Of a DNA stretch of 64,000 nt, positions 24,075 through 37,000 are shown piece by piece (position 1 is the stretch's first letter; every line of letters starts with the position of its first letter). The notes beneath the pieces were generated by a model. That model worked only from the letters and a program-made list of their open reading frames with translations, was not told the DNA's origin and ran no database searches. Origin of the DNA: Lingula anatina (lineage: Eukaryota; Animalia; Brachiopoda); contig JBPQGU010000016.1 in NCBI GenBank assembly GCA_051362555.1, forward strand, positions 744,001 to 808,000, written 5' to 3'. A program made the position numbers and the translations under genes.

Positions 24075-25365
24075 GATTACTTTCTTCGAAATTCAAGATC
24101 TGTGGAATAGTAAAATGTTATATTGCCACATGTGGAAATTTTTAAGCATATTGCAAACGAAGAAAATGTAAATTTGCATTTTGCAATTACGACGCTTTTT
24201 ACCTTTTTGTAAATAACTGAACGGTTTGAAAAACATCTTTAGCATAGGTCCACATTTATTCTCTTTCAGCTGATTCTGAAAATTAGGATGGGCCCCAAAA
24301 TACTACATTGCATTTATTAAATTTGGGTCCTGAGAGGAATTTCATTTTATTTTGATTCCAATTAATCGTCGTTGCTAAACGCATGGCGTTTAAAGCAAAA
24401 TGCAGCGGATTTCGGCTGGACAAGGGCGTTAAACGAGATAAATAGCGTTTTACTGGATTGAACGTCGCTGAGTTAACCGTTTAGCACAAGTGTAACGAAA
24501 CTGATGGCCCGTGTTACAGAAACCCATTTAGTTATTATGGTTAGGGTTAGTCTCCATTTAGTTATTATGGTTAGAGTGAGCCTGACCTAAGTGGGTCAAA
24601 ATCCTGTACAAGTGAATGGAAAGCGGACTCTTTACCATGAGACTCTGACATGTTACATCGGCGTTTAATTTGATGTGAACTTACTCTCTATTGTGCTTGT
24701 TGGAACTACATGTAGATGACGTCAAAATAAATAACCCACCTGTTATTGCATAAGACTGTCCTAATAACAGGACTCCTAATGAGACTAGTACAAATCACCT
24801 CAATTATTTTTTTAAATATTAATAAAAATATCAAAATATTTATTGAAACTGGAACTGTAACAACTGAGAGATCGCTTACGCCCGCATCCTGCCCACCTCA
24901 GTCTGAAACACGTTATCGGGAACCAACACAGATCTCTTTGGTTCCTCAACACGTTTCAGTGGCGTACATGTACAAACGTTGGCTGTTAAATGTGCCGTGG
25001 TTGCATAAACAATGTTTTTCTATGGTTGCAAACGGCGTTGAGTCTGTAGTAGTGACAATGCCCACAATTTATTCTCTGAGCGATCGCAAGTCCGGTGTTA
25101 TAGGAGTTTAATATTAAAAACAGCAGGGAATATTACGATAAGCGACCCCCCGGGCTTTCTGTAACTGATATGATGGTAAATATGGTATCTATGGTGGTAA
25201 ATATGATATCTATAACCTCTATACATTATCGATAAGACCTTACCGAAATGTAGACTTTCTTATCGATTTTGTCACTTCCACTAGACCAAAGAATATTGCA
25301 AAAAAATTGTTGTTCGTATTAAACATCTTTTCACTCCTTATTTTTATTAATTTATTTATTTTATT

Positions 25366-25408
<43 letters not shown>

Positions 25409-25853
25409 TTATTATTATTACTTTTTTTATTTTGCTGAATGTCTCCGTTGTAAAGTATCAATAATAAAACTACAAACAGAACCTACGCCGAACTTAAGAT
25501 CAGGTACGCGTTCATTACACTTTGTCAGTTCACACTGTCATTTATTTATTATCATTTGATGCAATTATACATGTACTTTTTGATGAGTAAAACAAGACAA
25601 GTTACCAAAAGATCCTAATGTTTCAGGTTGAAAACCGCCTGATTCTAAAACGTTTAACAAAGAAAAGACACCATCGCTGAAGTCACTATGATAAGCACAA
25701 CCATTTCATCTACACTCACGAACATTTAATTCCCTTCAACATTTTTACTTTTAAATGTGGAGCACCATAGTTGCACAACTGTGAGATGAGATAACTCATC
25801 TATAGAAGTATGTAAAATATTCAAAACCTAGAATACATAATTATTATACTTAC

Positions 25854-26045
25854 TAGTGCGTTTGCAAAATTGTGTTTTCGAACAGCCTTTATACTAATGT
25901 GACTCTGCGCACGTATGTTAACAGCAACGCGTCAGCTCCAACGCTGAAACTAAGCAATACTACTTCCTGGTTCAGAAACAAGTTCAACACGTGACGGGGA
26001 AAATATACGTCACTGCAAAACGTTTGCATCTAAAAGTGGTTGCTT
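25854..26045 (-). promoter_or_regulatory. Putative non-coding first exon and promoter of paralog C
   Basis: Homologous to 9070-9260. Donor GTAAGT, ACTTCCTGG at 25962-25970, CACGTGAC at 25988-25995. Confidence 0.5.
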
Positions 26046-26363
26046 TTTTATTATTATTTATTTGAGCTTCATTCATATAGACGGGGTTATACATTTACTC
26101 CTTTGAAGGCAGGTCCTGATTTTTTTTTCTTTTTCCATTTGTCTAGACAAAAAGTACACCCCACAAATAAAATGTGCACTGTGTTATTTCATAGCTTTAC
26201 TTTTTTCGTCATAAAATACGAACCAGATACTAAATCCCAATATTCCTAAGTTAAAACGTCCATAGTCACTTGACGATTGCAATAAATTTCTAGTTTAAGA
26301 GGTCATAATGTTTACACAACATAGCATCTTTGGTAGACATAAAAAGTTATCATCAGGTTGAAG

Positions 26364-27163
26364 AAGTGTACCCTAGGTTCTAGATTTCCGTATTGCCAGC
26401 TCGATCTTGATTTCATACATAACCCATATCAGCAATACGAAACTCTAGCCACTAGCGGCAGATTGAGGGCGTGTTTGTCAAAATGTTGCCTGGGGCGCTT
26501 CCATATTTGGAAGTCGCAAGTCTCGTACGTCACAGCTGTATTCGCCTGAGAGCTCCATTTTTGGAAGTCACAAGTCTCGTACGTCATAGGTTTGGCCGCC
26601 TGAGCTGACTTTCCCGCCCTTCGGTGACTTTATCTCGTGCAAACGAGACAAGAAGCAAAGTGGCTGATACGGAGTTTGAAGTTTGAACTAAGAATATCTT
26701 GTAGTCGTAGGTCAGTGCAACAACACAAGCAACATTCTGCTTTAAAAACTGATTTTGGTCTAGCCATTGCGCAGCCCTTATAGTGGTGTCGGGCATACAG
26801 TGTAGCTGTCAAACTTGGCACACGGCAAGCACGTGTGTTGTGTTTATATATTCAGGAGTAAATGTTATTTGATAAGCAAAAAATACAAAAACATTGGATA
26901 TTGGATATATCTTTTTCTTTTAGGAGAATATTATTTATTTTTCACTTTACATCTTAAATACAGTAAATGAAATTAAATAAAGCATAATTTTAAAAATCTG
27001 TTTTACGTTTCATTTTGGTTTAATGACATTCAACTGCAGACTCACTGCGGAGCAGTTCTTTTTGACTGACGGAAATCGTACACTGTCGCTGTTCGTCAGA
27101 GCTAGTAAAAGTGATCCCATCACAAGATTTTTTACCAAGCTAGCCTTTACTGTGCACTGACAT
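26364..27163. mobile_element. About 0.8-kb insertion upstream of paralog C, probable TE fragment
   Basis: Absent from the homologous region of paralog A, where ATCATTAGGTTGCGGTAGTGAGGCGCC is contiguous at about 9591-9617. Flanked by similar TCAGGTTGAAG and TCAGGGTTAAG; contains a 54-bp-period repeat. Confidence 0.5.
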
Positions 27164-29365
27164 TCAGGGTTAAGTAGTGAGGCGCCTTAATTGAGTAATA
27201 TTCCGCTACAGCAATCCATGTGCGTACGTGTGACGGGATTCAATCGTTCACTTCTGTGTGGGATGGTCCGACTTTTCAAGTTGCACTTAAAGCCTTATTG
27301 TCTAAATTTTCAGCATTTTCTCCCTTAATCAGCCAGTTTATTTTCGTCGTTCCATTGTCGTCGATTCTTGAACCAGGCATGGCAACTGATTGATTGACTG
27401 ATATCTGGCTCACGGAATTATCAGCCACAATTACCAAAAAAGACATGTCCAGGTTTTACCCCTTGTTTCACTTCCCGTATTAAGGAAACAGTGGGAACCT
27501 TTATAATAATGGGCCTTGGTGTGAACTAATCCTTGGCCTGGACATTGTCCACATCTATCTCCTTAAGGTTATTATTTTCTTACAAGCAGTTTCTACGCTA
27601 ACAAGCCCCAAAATATTGACTCCCTAAAGAATAATGTTCGTACGAATTGCTTATGACATGTTGAACACTGCCATAACATACTGCAGTGTGTGAGGAGCCA
27701 CATGGATTCAGCCCCAAGGGGTTTGGATCGAGCACTTTATAATCTATCGAGCTTTGCTCGCAAAATGACGACATGCGAAATTTATATGTTGTCGGGACAT
27801 GAGTTGAAAATGTGAAGCTGTCCTTGGTTAACATAGGGAGCGCCACAAAAAAAATATTTTTTTCCCGGTGGTTACAATGGGGAATATTAAGTAAGTGATA
27901 TTCCAAAAGCTACAAATGCAGAAAGCCGAGTTTGGTTTGTATGCGCGATCGAACTATTTGGAAAGCGTTCAAGGAAAGTGCCCTTGAATCGGGTTGGGCG
28001 AAAGCGTAACAAGATCAGCAGATATGGCCGTAGTGCCTAAATCGTGGGTAGATATCCACCCAACATGTACGATCATACAGGTATATTTAAATGACCAAAA
28101 AAACGAAATCTGAATTAGTTATAAAAACATTCCCAAGAAACAGGATCAAACCAGCTTTGATGGGAAGAGCAAACGTCGTATACAAGGCATGTACTTTCTG
28201 ACTTTATGACGACTTTAAATGGTAGCGTTATTTAAAATAAATCTAACCTAGCCTCCGTTAAAACTAATTAAATTATCTTAACTACTCCAGTAATATGTAG
28301 GATGTAAATTCTACAGACGTATCGACTAATACATTTATTTGCGATGAAATGTGTCCAGTAGTTGTGTGTGTATACATATATATATTTATTTATTTATTTA
28401 TTCTTGGTCAAAAATGGTTGTCTCACCTTCAAGTTGAGGTGCTTTTGTTTACAAATGATCACCTCTCAAATCCAACTGTGCATATTGTAAACAGTTCTTT
28501 TTATTCTTAACTCGGTTCTTTTATTCCAAAGTGACATAAGGCTGATCTCACCAACATCAAAACATCTTATAAAATCAATTGTAAAAATCGAGAACATTAC
28601 ATTAACCACTGCCGTCGTCCTAATATTTTCTTATGAAGGCTCCATTTTAGTTTAATAAAATTTCGTAAACGTATGAGTATTATATGACGAAGTAGATTAT
28701 ATCGTTTGTTGATACGAGAGGTAGTAAATACAAGAACGGTATATTCTTTCATATAATTTATTACTATTTTCCCGTTGTTTCCCCCGCCGTTTTTTCTCCA
28801 TTTTTATTTCTACATGAACTTCATCCAATTTCTAAAGGCCTTCTCTCCGCTTACATTACACGCAGTTTGCAAGCATCATAAGAACAAACCAATCTACCCT
28901 GGATGCAGTTACTGTACAAGCACTCCCCGATCCTTATTCACTCATGGCTGTCAATTACTAACATTACAAATGTATCTTTCACAGTTCACAAGATTCTGAA
29001 TGAATTTTATCACATAAATGACACATCATGACTAATACGAGGGGCGGTTACTGTAGCTGAAAACGGTAAAAATAAAATCATTTGTGCGGCCACCACTTCC
29101 ATTTTTGCCTTCCCTGGATAAATGTGGCTTTAATATTTACAGGTTGGAGACAGATTGACGAGCACAGGATCGGTTTGGCTAATAAACCGGTCAGCATAAA
29201 TGGAGCGATTGTTACATTGTACCTGTTCCAAGCTGAGCATCTGTCGTGTTAAGTTAATGCTCTTCAACGACGAAAGTTTTGTCGCCGGGCATCACAATCT
29301 TGGGCGTTAATAATAATAGTGCCGTACATAACGCTTAATTGTCAAATTCCTTTCTTGTATGTGAA

Positions 29366-30937
29366 TCATGCTTGAAGATAGTTCGTATTGACATAATATA
29401 CATTATTGGCCCACGTCAGCACTCTTCCAGTATATTTGGACTTTATTCTCGCAGACCCATTTCTTTCTGCGAAAAATATCTTAAAACCTAGTTCTTCTAG
29501 TTTTCTCAATACATATACATGCTTTGGTGTTATATATTTCGAGAAGTTCCATATGTGGAATTCAATGGCTAACTGTTTAACATGTTTTAAAGATCCTTCC
29601 TTTAAGGCAGTCTTTAAGGCGTCCCATTCCGACTCTTCTACGTCCATTTTCAGGTAGTCTATTGTTGCCTGAAATTTAGAAAAATGTTAATTAGAAGCGA
29701 CGTTGACTAGATTTGACATTTTAAATATTTTAATAATCTTTGTATAGTTTTTATATATGCTTTTGATACTTCATATTTGCTTTTTTAATTAGTAGTATTA
29801 TACTTTAATTCTAAAGCAAAATTTTGTAAACACGAATTAAGTATAGAATAGTATTGCATTATAAGAATTTAACATTGCACAGTGTATATAACTGTAACGT
29901 GCAGTGAAATAAACATAATAAATTGTTATATAAGATATATAAATATTATCATTATAACTGACCTCTTTTCTTTCAATGTATTTATAATGTGTTATTTCTT
30001 GTTATTTGTACTAAATGCATCTTGTTGACAAAGGGAAAATTGGTGAAAAAATTACTTTAGCTACATGAAGACCTTCTGTCAATTCTAGTCGTTTGCTTTT
30101 AAGACCAATAAAAAAGGAGTATTTATTACATCTGTATGTTTCAGCATCTGCCTTACTGTCCCTAGAGTTTTGAGGGCCCATTGTTGTCCATTCTTCCACT
30201 TGACAATTCTGTTTTCACGAAAGAGTCCAATGTTGTAAAACCACATGTTTGGTTGGACCTCTTTGGACTCTTGCTTTAGGCCGATGCTGAAAAAAAATTA
30301 TATATATACACATGTATACCTTTTAGATATTAAGAAGATATTAAGATTATAACTGCTGATCGAGTCACAGACTTGGGTCCCCAGCTCTTTAAGTGAACCA
30401 TTTTGAAAATACTGTACCTTATAATAGGCAAATGTTAAATTACTGACATGGCTGAATAGCCTAAGTTTATCAAGGAGTTAATTTGCATTGTAAACATCTG
30501 GTCTAACTGACCTTGGTATTTACATGTCCATCAGCATTTTAAGAAAATGAAATAGACCAAACTGAAAAAGGAAATTATTATTATTATTATTATTTAAATG
30601 GTATTACTGACCTTGGATCAAATCCATACACTGTGCAGCTCTTTGACATATATCTGTCGAAGGACCATTCATTGCCCAATCTGTACGCAAAACATAAATA
30701 TAAAGCAGATGTTCACTGTCAAGGCATAAAACTATTCCCTTCATTTCTAGTAATTTTAAATTAATAGAACTCTTTGAAATGGAGTGCAAATTGGGCGCAA
30801 CCTGCCAATTTTGGTCAAAACCTGATCGTTCTTATTTAGATAATGAAGTGCGAGATATGTACTTTTGATAAAGCTAATAATATTGATTTGGCAAATTTGA
30901 ACCAGATATTTGATAAGAACAAACAAGCAAATAATGT

Positions 30938-31015
<78 letters not shown>

Positions 31016-31426
31016 TTTAGTTTATTCCTACCCAAAAGAATACACAATACATGAGCCAGGTTTGATTGCAAACGGTGGGTCCATACAAACTTCCCAACCT
31101 CCATCTTCAGAGATTCCAGCACGAACTCTATTACGGCAGTCGTACTGCTGGCGCATGAGATGGCTGCAATATATAAAAAATTATATAGTGAAAAAAGATG
31201 TCTCTCAAAAGATGAAATTCTAAATAAAAAATATTAATAATATTAAATGAATTTAAGGATAAAACACAGTTTAATAAACAAAAATTTCATGAAAAGTTAC
31301 CTTTGTATTTCCTTGCTTATAGCCCATCATATGAAGCTAACCTACCAAATTCCTATAAATTATTACACTACTGATTTTCCTGTACATAAAAAGCACATTC
31401 ACCTTTTTCCATTTTTTTTATTATTA

Positions 31427-31482
<56 letters not shown>

Positions 31483-32796
31483 GCATCTTCTTCCACAACA
31501 GTGGTGACACGTTTGTACACAAAAAATTATCAGCTAACTAATCACCGAGACGGGATAAATATGAAATATTCAAATCAATGATAATAAAGCTAAATATATA
31601 TTTTTTATTATCATTTTGAAAATTGACTATTCTGCCATAAATTCTATCGGAGAGAAATACAAGTAGACTGTAAAAGATACGAGAGGATGCAAGCACCAAA
31701 CCTGGACGAGATAGTCTCTATTTGGCCAAGTCTCTCTACCCAGTAACTACTTTCACATACTGCTGGTATGACTTCGTAAAACAATGAACTATTACACAAA
31801 GATGTTTTTTTTTTTTTTTTCAAACTATACAAATACAAGAATAGTATTAAAGGGAACTAAGGTTTTGTCTATTGTTCGAAATAAGCATTTAAAATGATCA
31901 TCTTAAAGTTAAAGACTTACCCATAAAAGCCTTTCTCTAGTCTGTCGTATTCCTTTAATGTCATTTTCAACTCAGGTATAAACTTATCCACATCCCCCTG
32001 TAGCGTCGAGGCTACTTCCCCTCCTAGCTCTTCTTTATAAAAGAACGGGTCCCCATACTGTTTGACATCGGTGTCATTTTTATCCATTAACGCCATGGTA
32101 ATTTCATCCACCAGATTGTATGATGTGACACCCGTGAGACGCTGAGGCTACAAATAAATATAATAAATAAATAAGAAAATAGAAAAAAAAACAAGGATAG
32201 TTAAGCTTTTTACAAAGTAGCTATCAGGATTCTGTAATTCTGATATTTTCTACAGATATGCTTTTATACCCCAATTTTTTTTTCTTACAATCGATCTTTT
32301 TTTTTTCGATCATTTCTTTTTTTTTCATTATGCTTTAGCAATATGTGGTGTCTTGTTACAGTTATAGTGACTTAAGTGTAAAAACCATTTTATACTTTAA
32401 AAACATTGAGCATATACCGTTACTAATGAGAGAGAGAGAGAGAAAGCTTACCAACTGGGAGCCTTGAGATTTGGGGCCTTGAGATTTGGGGGTTGGCGTT
32501 TTGGGGCCTTGAGATGCGGGGGTTGGAGATTTGGAGCCTTGAGATGTGGGGGTTGGCGTTTTGGGGCCTTGAGATGCGGGGGTTGGCGTTTTGGAGCCTT
32601 GAGATGTGGGGGTTGGAGATTTGGAACCTTGAGATGCGGGGGTTGGAGATTTGGAGCCTTGAAGGGAAGAATCAGAACTGATCAACTGTGGGCCTTGAAT
32701 CATCCACAACATTAAAAACACAACAACAAGCCCAGCTGAAAGACCAACAACCATCTTTAGGGAAGGTGGACGAAAAGGTAGGCCCTGGAACTTCAT
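29366..32796 (-). CDS. METTL24: Methyltransferase-like protein 24 family (METTL24/FkbM-like SAM-dependent methyltransferase) with signal anchor and repeat stem, about 410 aa
   Basis: Exons 32452-32796 (MKFQGLP, TM VVGLSAGLVVVFLMLWMI), 31921-32147, 31032-31163 (DGGWEVC...CIVYSFG), 30612-30680 (NEWSFD...VYGFDPS), 30130-30286 and 29366-29668 (IDYLKMDVEESEW...VKQLAIEFH). Phases are consistent, total 1233 nt. The symbol marks family membership, not demonstrated orthology. Confidence 0.9.
32459..32662 (-). repeat. 30-bp coding minisatellite encoding SQG[SP]K[ST]PTP[ATK], six units plus partials
   Basis: Directly visible GCCTTGAGATGYGGGGGTTGG periodicity. Confidence 0.92.
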
Positions 32797-33219
32797 TGCG
32801 GTACCGCAACTCCTAGCAGTTATCTCAGACTTGTTCTGGTAGCACACAATCTTAATAAATTCACGCAGCTATGGATGGCTTAGTGGTGGATCCTTGCAAA
32901 CAGATGCACTAGTAGTTCTAGCGTGCAATATCGTTAACTTTGCCTTCATTAGTTATAGATCTGGTGACATTCTACTGCGGCATCCGCTTTCATTGTGCTG
33001 ATCACACCGAGGACAACTCCATGTAGCTAAAATGAAGAAATAAAAATCTAATAAATGAATTACTTTGAAAATCGTCCAGTAAATTAAGTTCATAATATTA
33101 AGAATAATCATCCTGCTCATAATTTACCGATAGTACGCTGTGCGGTATCTATACACTCCTTGTCACGGGGAGAAGATTGAAGCACTGTAGCCATGTGGTA
33201 TGTAACTTGGTCGGTTATC

Positions 33220-33250
<31 letters not shown>

Positions 33251-34048
33251 TACTACAAGAACAGCGATGAAGAGGCAAGCCGGATGGGAAATCTAAAAAA
33301 AAATGGGCTGGAGAAAGAGGGACAGAGTTACGTTAAAAGGCGAAGAACCAGGATAGCTGTTAATTCTCGGGTGCTTCCACGACCTAATTGCCTACGGACG
33401 TAGTGGTGAGTGGTTCTGGGTCCACTCTTCTTGACATATGCAACTGTATGTTACGCCACGGAACTTAACTTACTCAGCCTCCCTACCTTAAAAAACTTGG
33501 TTACCAACGTTACATGACCCTAGGAACAGTGTTACTCTCATGGAAATCCTGGTCAACTAAGCCAGGGCACTGACCCTTTTTTTCCTTGTGAAACTGGACC
33601 AGACAAGCTTGTGAAACTGGGCCAGACAAGCTCCCCAGTTCTCTCTGTCATAATGCAACCACGACTTTGTTATAATGTCTGACATTGGAGAAACACCGCC
33701 ATTTTATTTTAGGGGAAAATACCAAGATAACCGAAACTGAATTAATCGCACACAAACCAAAATTTAAGTCCAGAAAATGTCTTGTACCAGTAGGATTTTA
33801 TATTTAATAAAAAATTTTATGGGCTCTGTTTACCATGGCATATATGCTGTTCCACCAAGACATTTTGAATAATTCTCATTAACCTTGCAGACTTTCTACA
33901 TAGTGGGCAAAATTTTCACTAGTAGGCACATTATGTTTAAAAAATGTCAAAATCAGTACACATACTGCAACAGGTGCGTGGCATAAGCATATCAGAAGAA
34001 CGATACCTGCGTATATAGGCCTAATGGGCGCACGCCTTATGATATAGT

Positions 34049-37000
34049 TATTTCCGTTTGCAGAGTCGATAAATTGATTTCCCAACAGAGACTGCGTGAA
34101 GCACCAAGTTATATAGATCATATAATATACACCTATAGTATTTTGAATGACACACATTCGATTCCCACTCAGTCCTTTTTTTTTTCTTTTATTTATTGTT
34201 TTAATTGTTATAATTGTTTAAGTCACAAAATATTTTACTCGGGACAAGTTTGGAAATAAGACTTTCACGCAGAATATAGTATATAAAGAGATTCTATAAA
34301 TCATGTATACTAATCTCTTATCACGTTTCAATCTATTACCATGTGACGGGTATCAGCTAGAAAGCTGTATAAAGAAGTCTTCATCGTCACAACAACTAGT
34401 ACCAGTACCTAGTGTATACGCCCTGAAATACCAACTTAACTCAGGTGACACCTTATAGCTGGTGGCCTAGTTCTTTATTTAAAGAATTGAACGAGTGTCT
34501 TTCAAACAACTTGGCTTACGGTTGACCTCACGCATTGTTATTCGTTACAAAGGTTTGACTAACAATAAGCGCGTCCATGTTGAGAACAACATTCGTTATA
34601 ATCAAGACATATATAGCACACAGAGATTGTCTGGTTTCAGTGCGTTTAACATGGAAATGGCTTGATCACGAAAATAACAATGCGAACCACATACGTGTAC
34701 ACATTCAATCTACTCGATAAATTTACACCTGACCCTGTAGAATATAAACAGACCAGAAGACAGCAAATTCAAAAGGGGAGTCTGTTTCTGAAAAAAGTAG
34801 ACCTTTTATCATGAAACCTTCCAGTATCAGGATAAAAATTTACCCAGAGGGGACCTTTTCCCAGCAAAAAGGCTATTTTTCGAACCCCCAAACCCCCCCC
34901 CCCCCCCCCCCCCCCGGCTACGGGCCTGATTAAGCAACCCAGATGCACATATATTTTTTCTGTACCAAGTACCAGTAGGCTTACATGTACATACAACCCT
35001 TAACTATCCAAAATCATATAAATTTAAGCTACTCGATCAACTCACCAGCGTATTCATGCATAGAAAGAACACCTTTGAGCAGCTTGCATGTATGTGCCAC
35101 CAAACACTACAGGAGCTCTATAGGTATATGAACGTGTTTGTTTTACCTGTCCTCCCGGTCGATGAAACGATCATATCACGTGATATGAAAAAATATGAAG
35201 AAAATAGACACGAGCTCACGAGGTGAATGTTAAGGTTGTCCGACTGAAAAGGCCTCTTACCAACATGAGCAAAATTGAAACATATATATCCGAAACTTAA
35301 ATTCTTACGTATTTAGGTCACGATCTAAAGCAAAATTGGCCTTTGGGGTGGACGACAATTAAAAAAATGAATTGTTACAAAAATGAGTCTATATTGGAGA
35401 ACGTCCTCTCCCCAAAATAGAGAAGACGTTAACCGCAGGTGTTCTCACGGTGTTAGCCAGACAGAGTGTGCTGCCTAAATTAGCACTCGTACAAGGAGAA
35501 ATAAATATGGCGGAGGAGTTCCAAGTAAGTCGTTTACAAATGCACGTTAGTTACAACACTCTCCTTTCATTGTCCGTTGACATGTTTGTGCCTTTTAGCA
35601 TTGAAAGAATTTATTTAACTGACAATGGTGCATGGAACTTCTAGGTCCAGTGGTACACGACTTGGAAGAGGTGGGAGATCAGGAGGACTGGTCCAAGATC
35701 ATGAAGAGAGAATCCAGTAGTTGAGAAGAGAACTTGAGGTATAAAAAATCATTAAAACTTATATTGAACAGACAAATTGTAATTAAGCTTCTCGCTGTAC
35801 ATGGAGGTTTTGTCAGGTGATTATGAGCATGGTGGTCTTAAGATGCTAAATATGTCTGACATCTCTCAAATGTACCTGATTAAGAAGAATCTATTTTAGA
35901 AGTAACATATATGCTCCACTTCTTCAAGCTAAATATGGTTTTGATGTATTTAAGTACATGTGCGATTTCGGAAACGCTTACTTACCTAAACTTATTAATT
36001 GTTGCAGTAATTACTTTTGGAAAGATGTCATCATCTCTTGGAAAAACGTAACCACATGCCTTTATGATAAAAAGAGCATAATCACACTGGAGCCTATATG
36101 GTACAACGATAATTTAGTGTTGGGTGTAATCCTGTGTTTATAAAGCACTGGTATACCAAAGGTGTAAAAATTGTTGGATTTATTATTTTTATTTTTTTTA
36201 ATTTTTTTATTTATTTATTTATTTATTTGTTTTTTTTTTTTTTTTGACGAAGACAGGATTTTATCGAAGGAGAAATTCGAAAATAAATTAACATTACAAA
36301 GCTGCAGTGAACTCAGATTCTACGGTTATTTCCGTTTGCAGAGTCGATAAATTGATTTCCCAACAGAGACTGCGTGAAGCACCAAGTTATATAATTCATA
36401 TAATATACACCTATAGTATTTTGAATGACACACATTCGATTCCCACTCAGTCCTTTTTTTTCTTTTATTTATTGTTTTAATTGTTATTATTGTTTAAGTC
36501 ACAAAATATTTTACTCGGGACAAGTTTGGAAATAAGACTTTCACGCAGAATATAGTATATAAAGAGATTCTATAAATCATGTATACTAATCTCTTATCAC
36601 GTTTCAATCTATTACCATGTGACGGGTATCAGCTAGAAAGCTGTATAAAGAAGTCTTCATCGTCACAACAACTAGTACCAGTACCTAGTGTATACGCCCT
36701 GAAATACCAACTTAACTCAGGTGACACCTTATTGCTGGTGGCCTAGTTCTTTATTTAAAGAATTGAACGAGTGTCTTTCAAACAACTTGGCTTACGGTTG
36801 ACCTCACGCATTGTTATTCGTTACAAAGGTTTGACTAACAACAAGCGCGTCCATGTTGAGAACAACATTTGTTATAATCAAGACATATATAGCACACAGA
36901 GATTGTCTGGTTTCAGTGCGTTTAACATGGAAATGGCTTGATCACGAAAATAACAATGCTAACCACATACGTGTACACATTCAATCTACTCGATAAATTT

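Noticed and set aside
26445-26462. CCACTAGCGGCAG resembling a CTCF site
   Set aside because: One base short of the consensus spacing and inside a probable TE.
26500-26590. Two spaced 32-bp repeats superficially like CRISPR
   Set aside because: Only two units, eukaryotic context and no cas genes.
27400-28200. Moderately GC-rich stretch that might be a decayed coding sequence
   Set aside because: The frames I translated contain frequent stops and no family motif I can recognise. A blastx search is needed.
32464-32715. Plus-strand ORFs with RCGGWRFGAL repeats
   Set aside because: Antisense shadow of the coding minisatellite in the methyltransferase exon.
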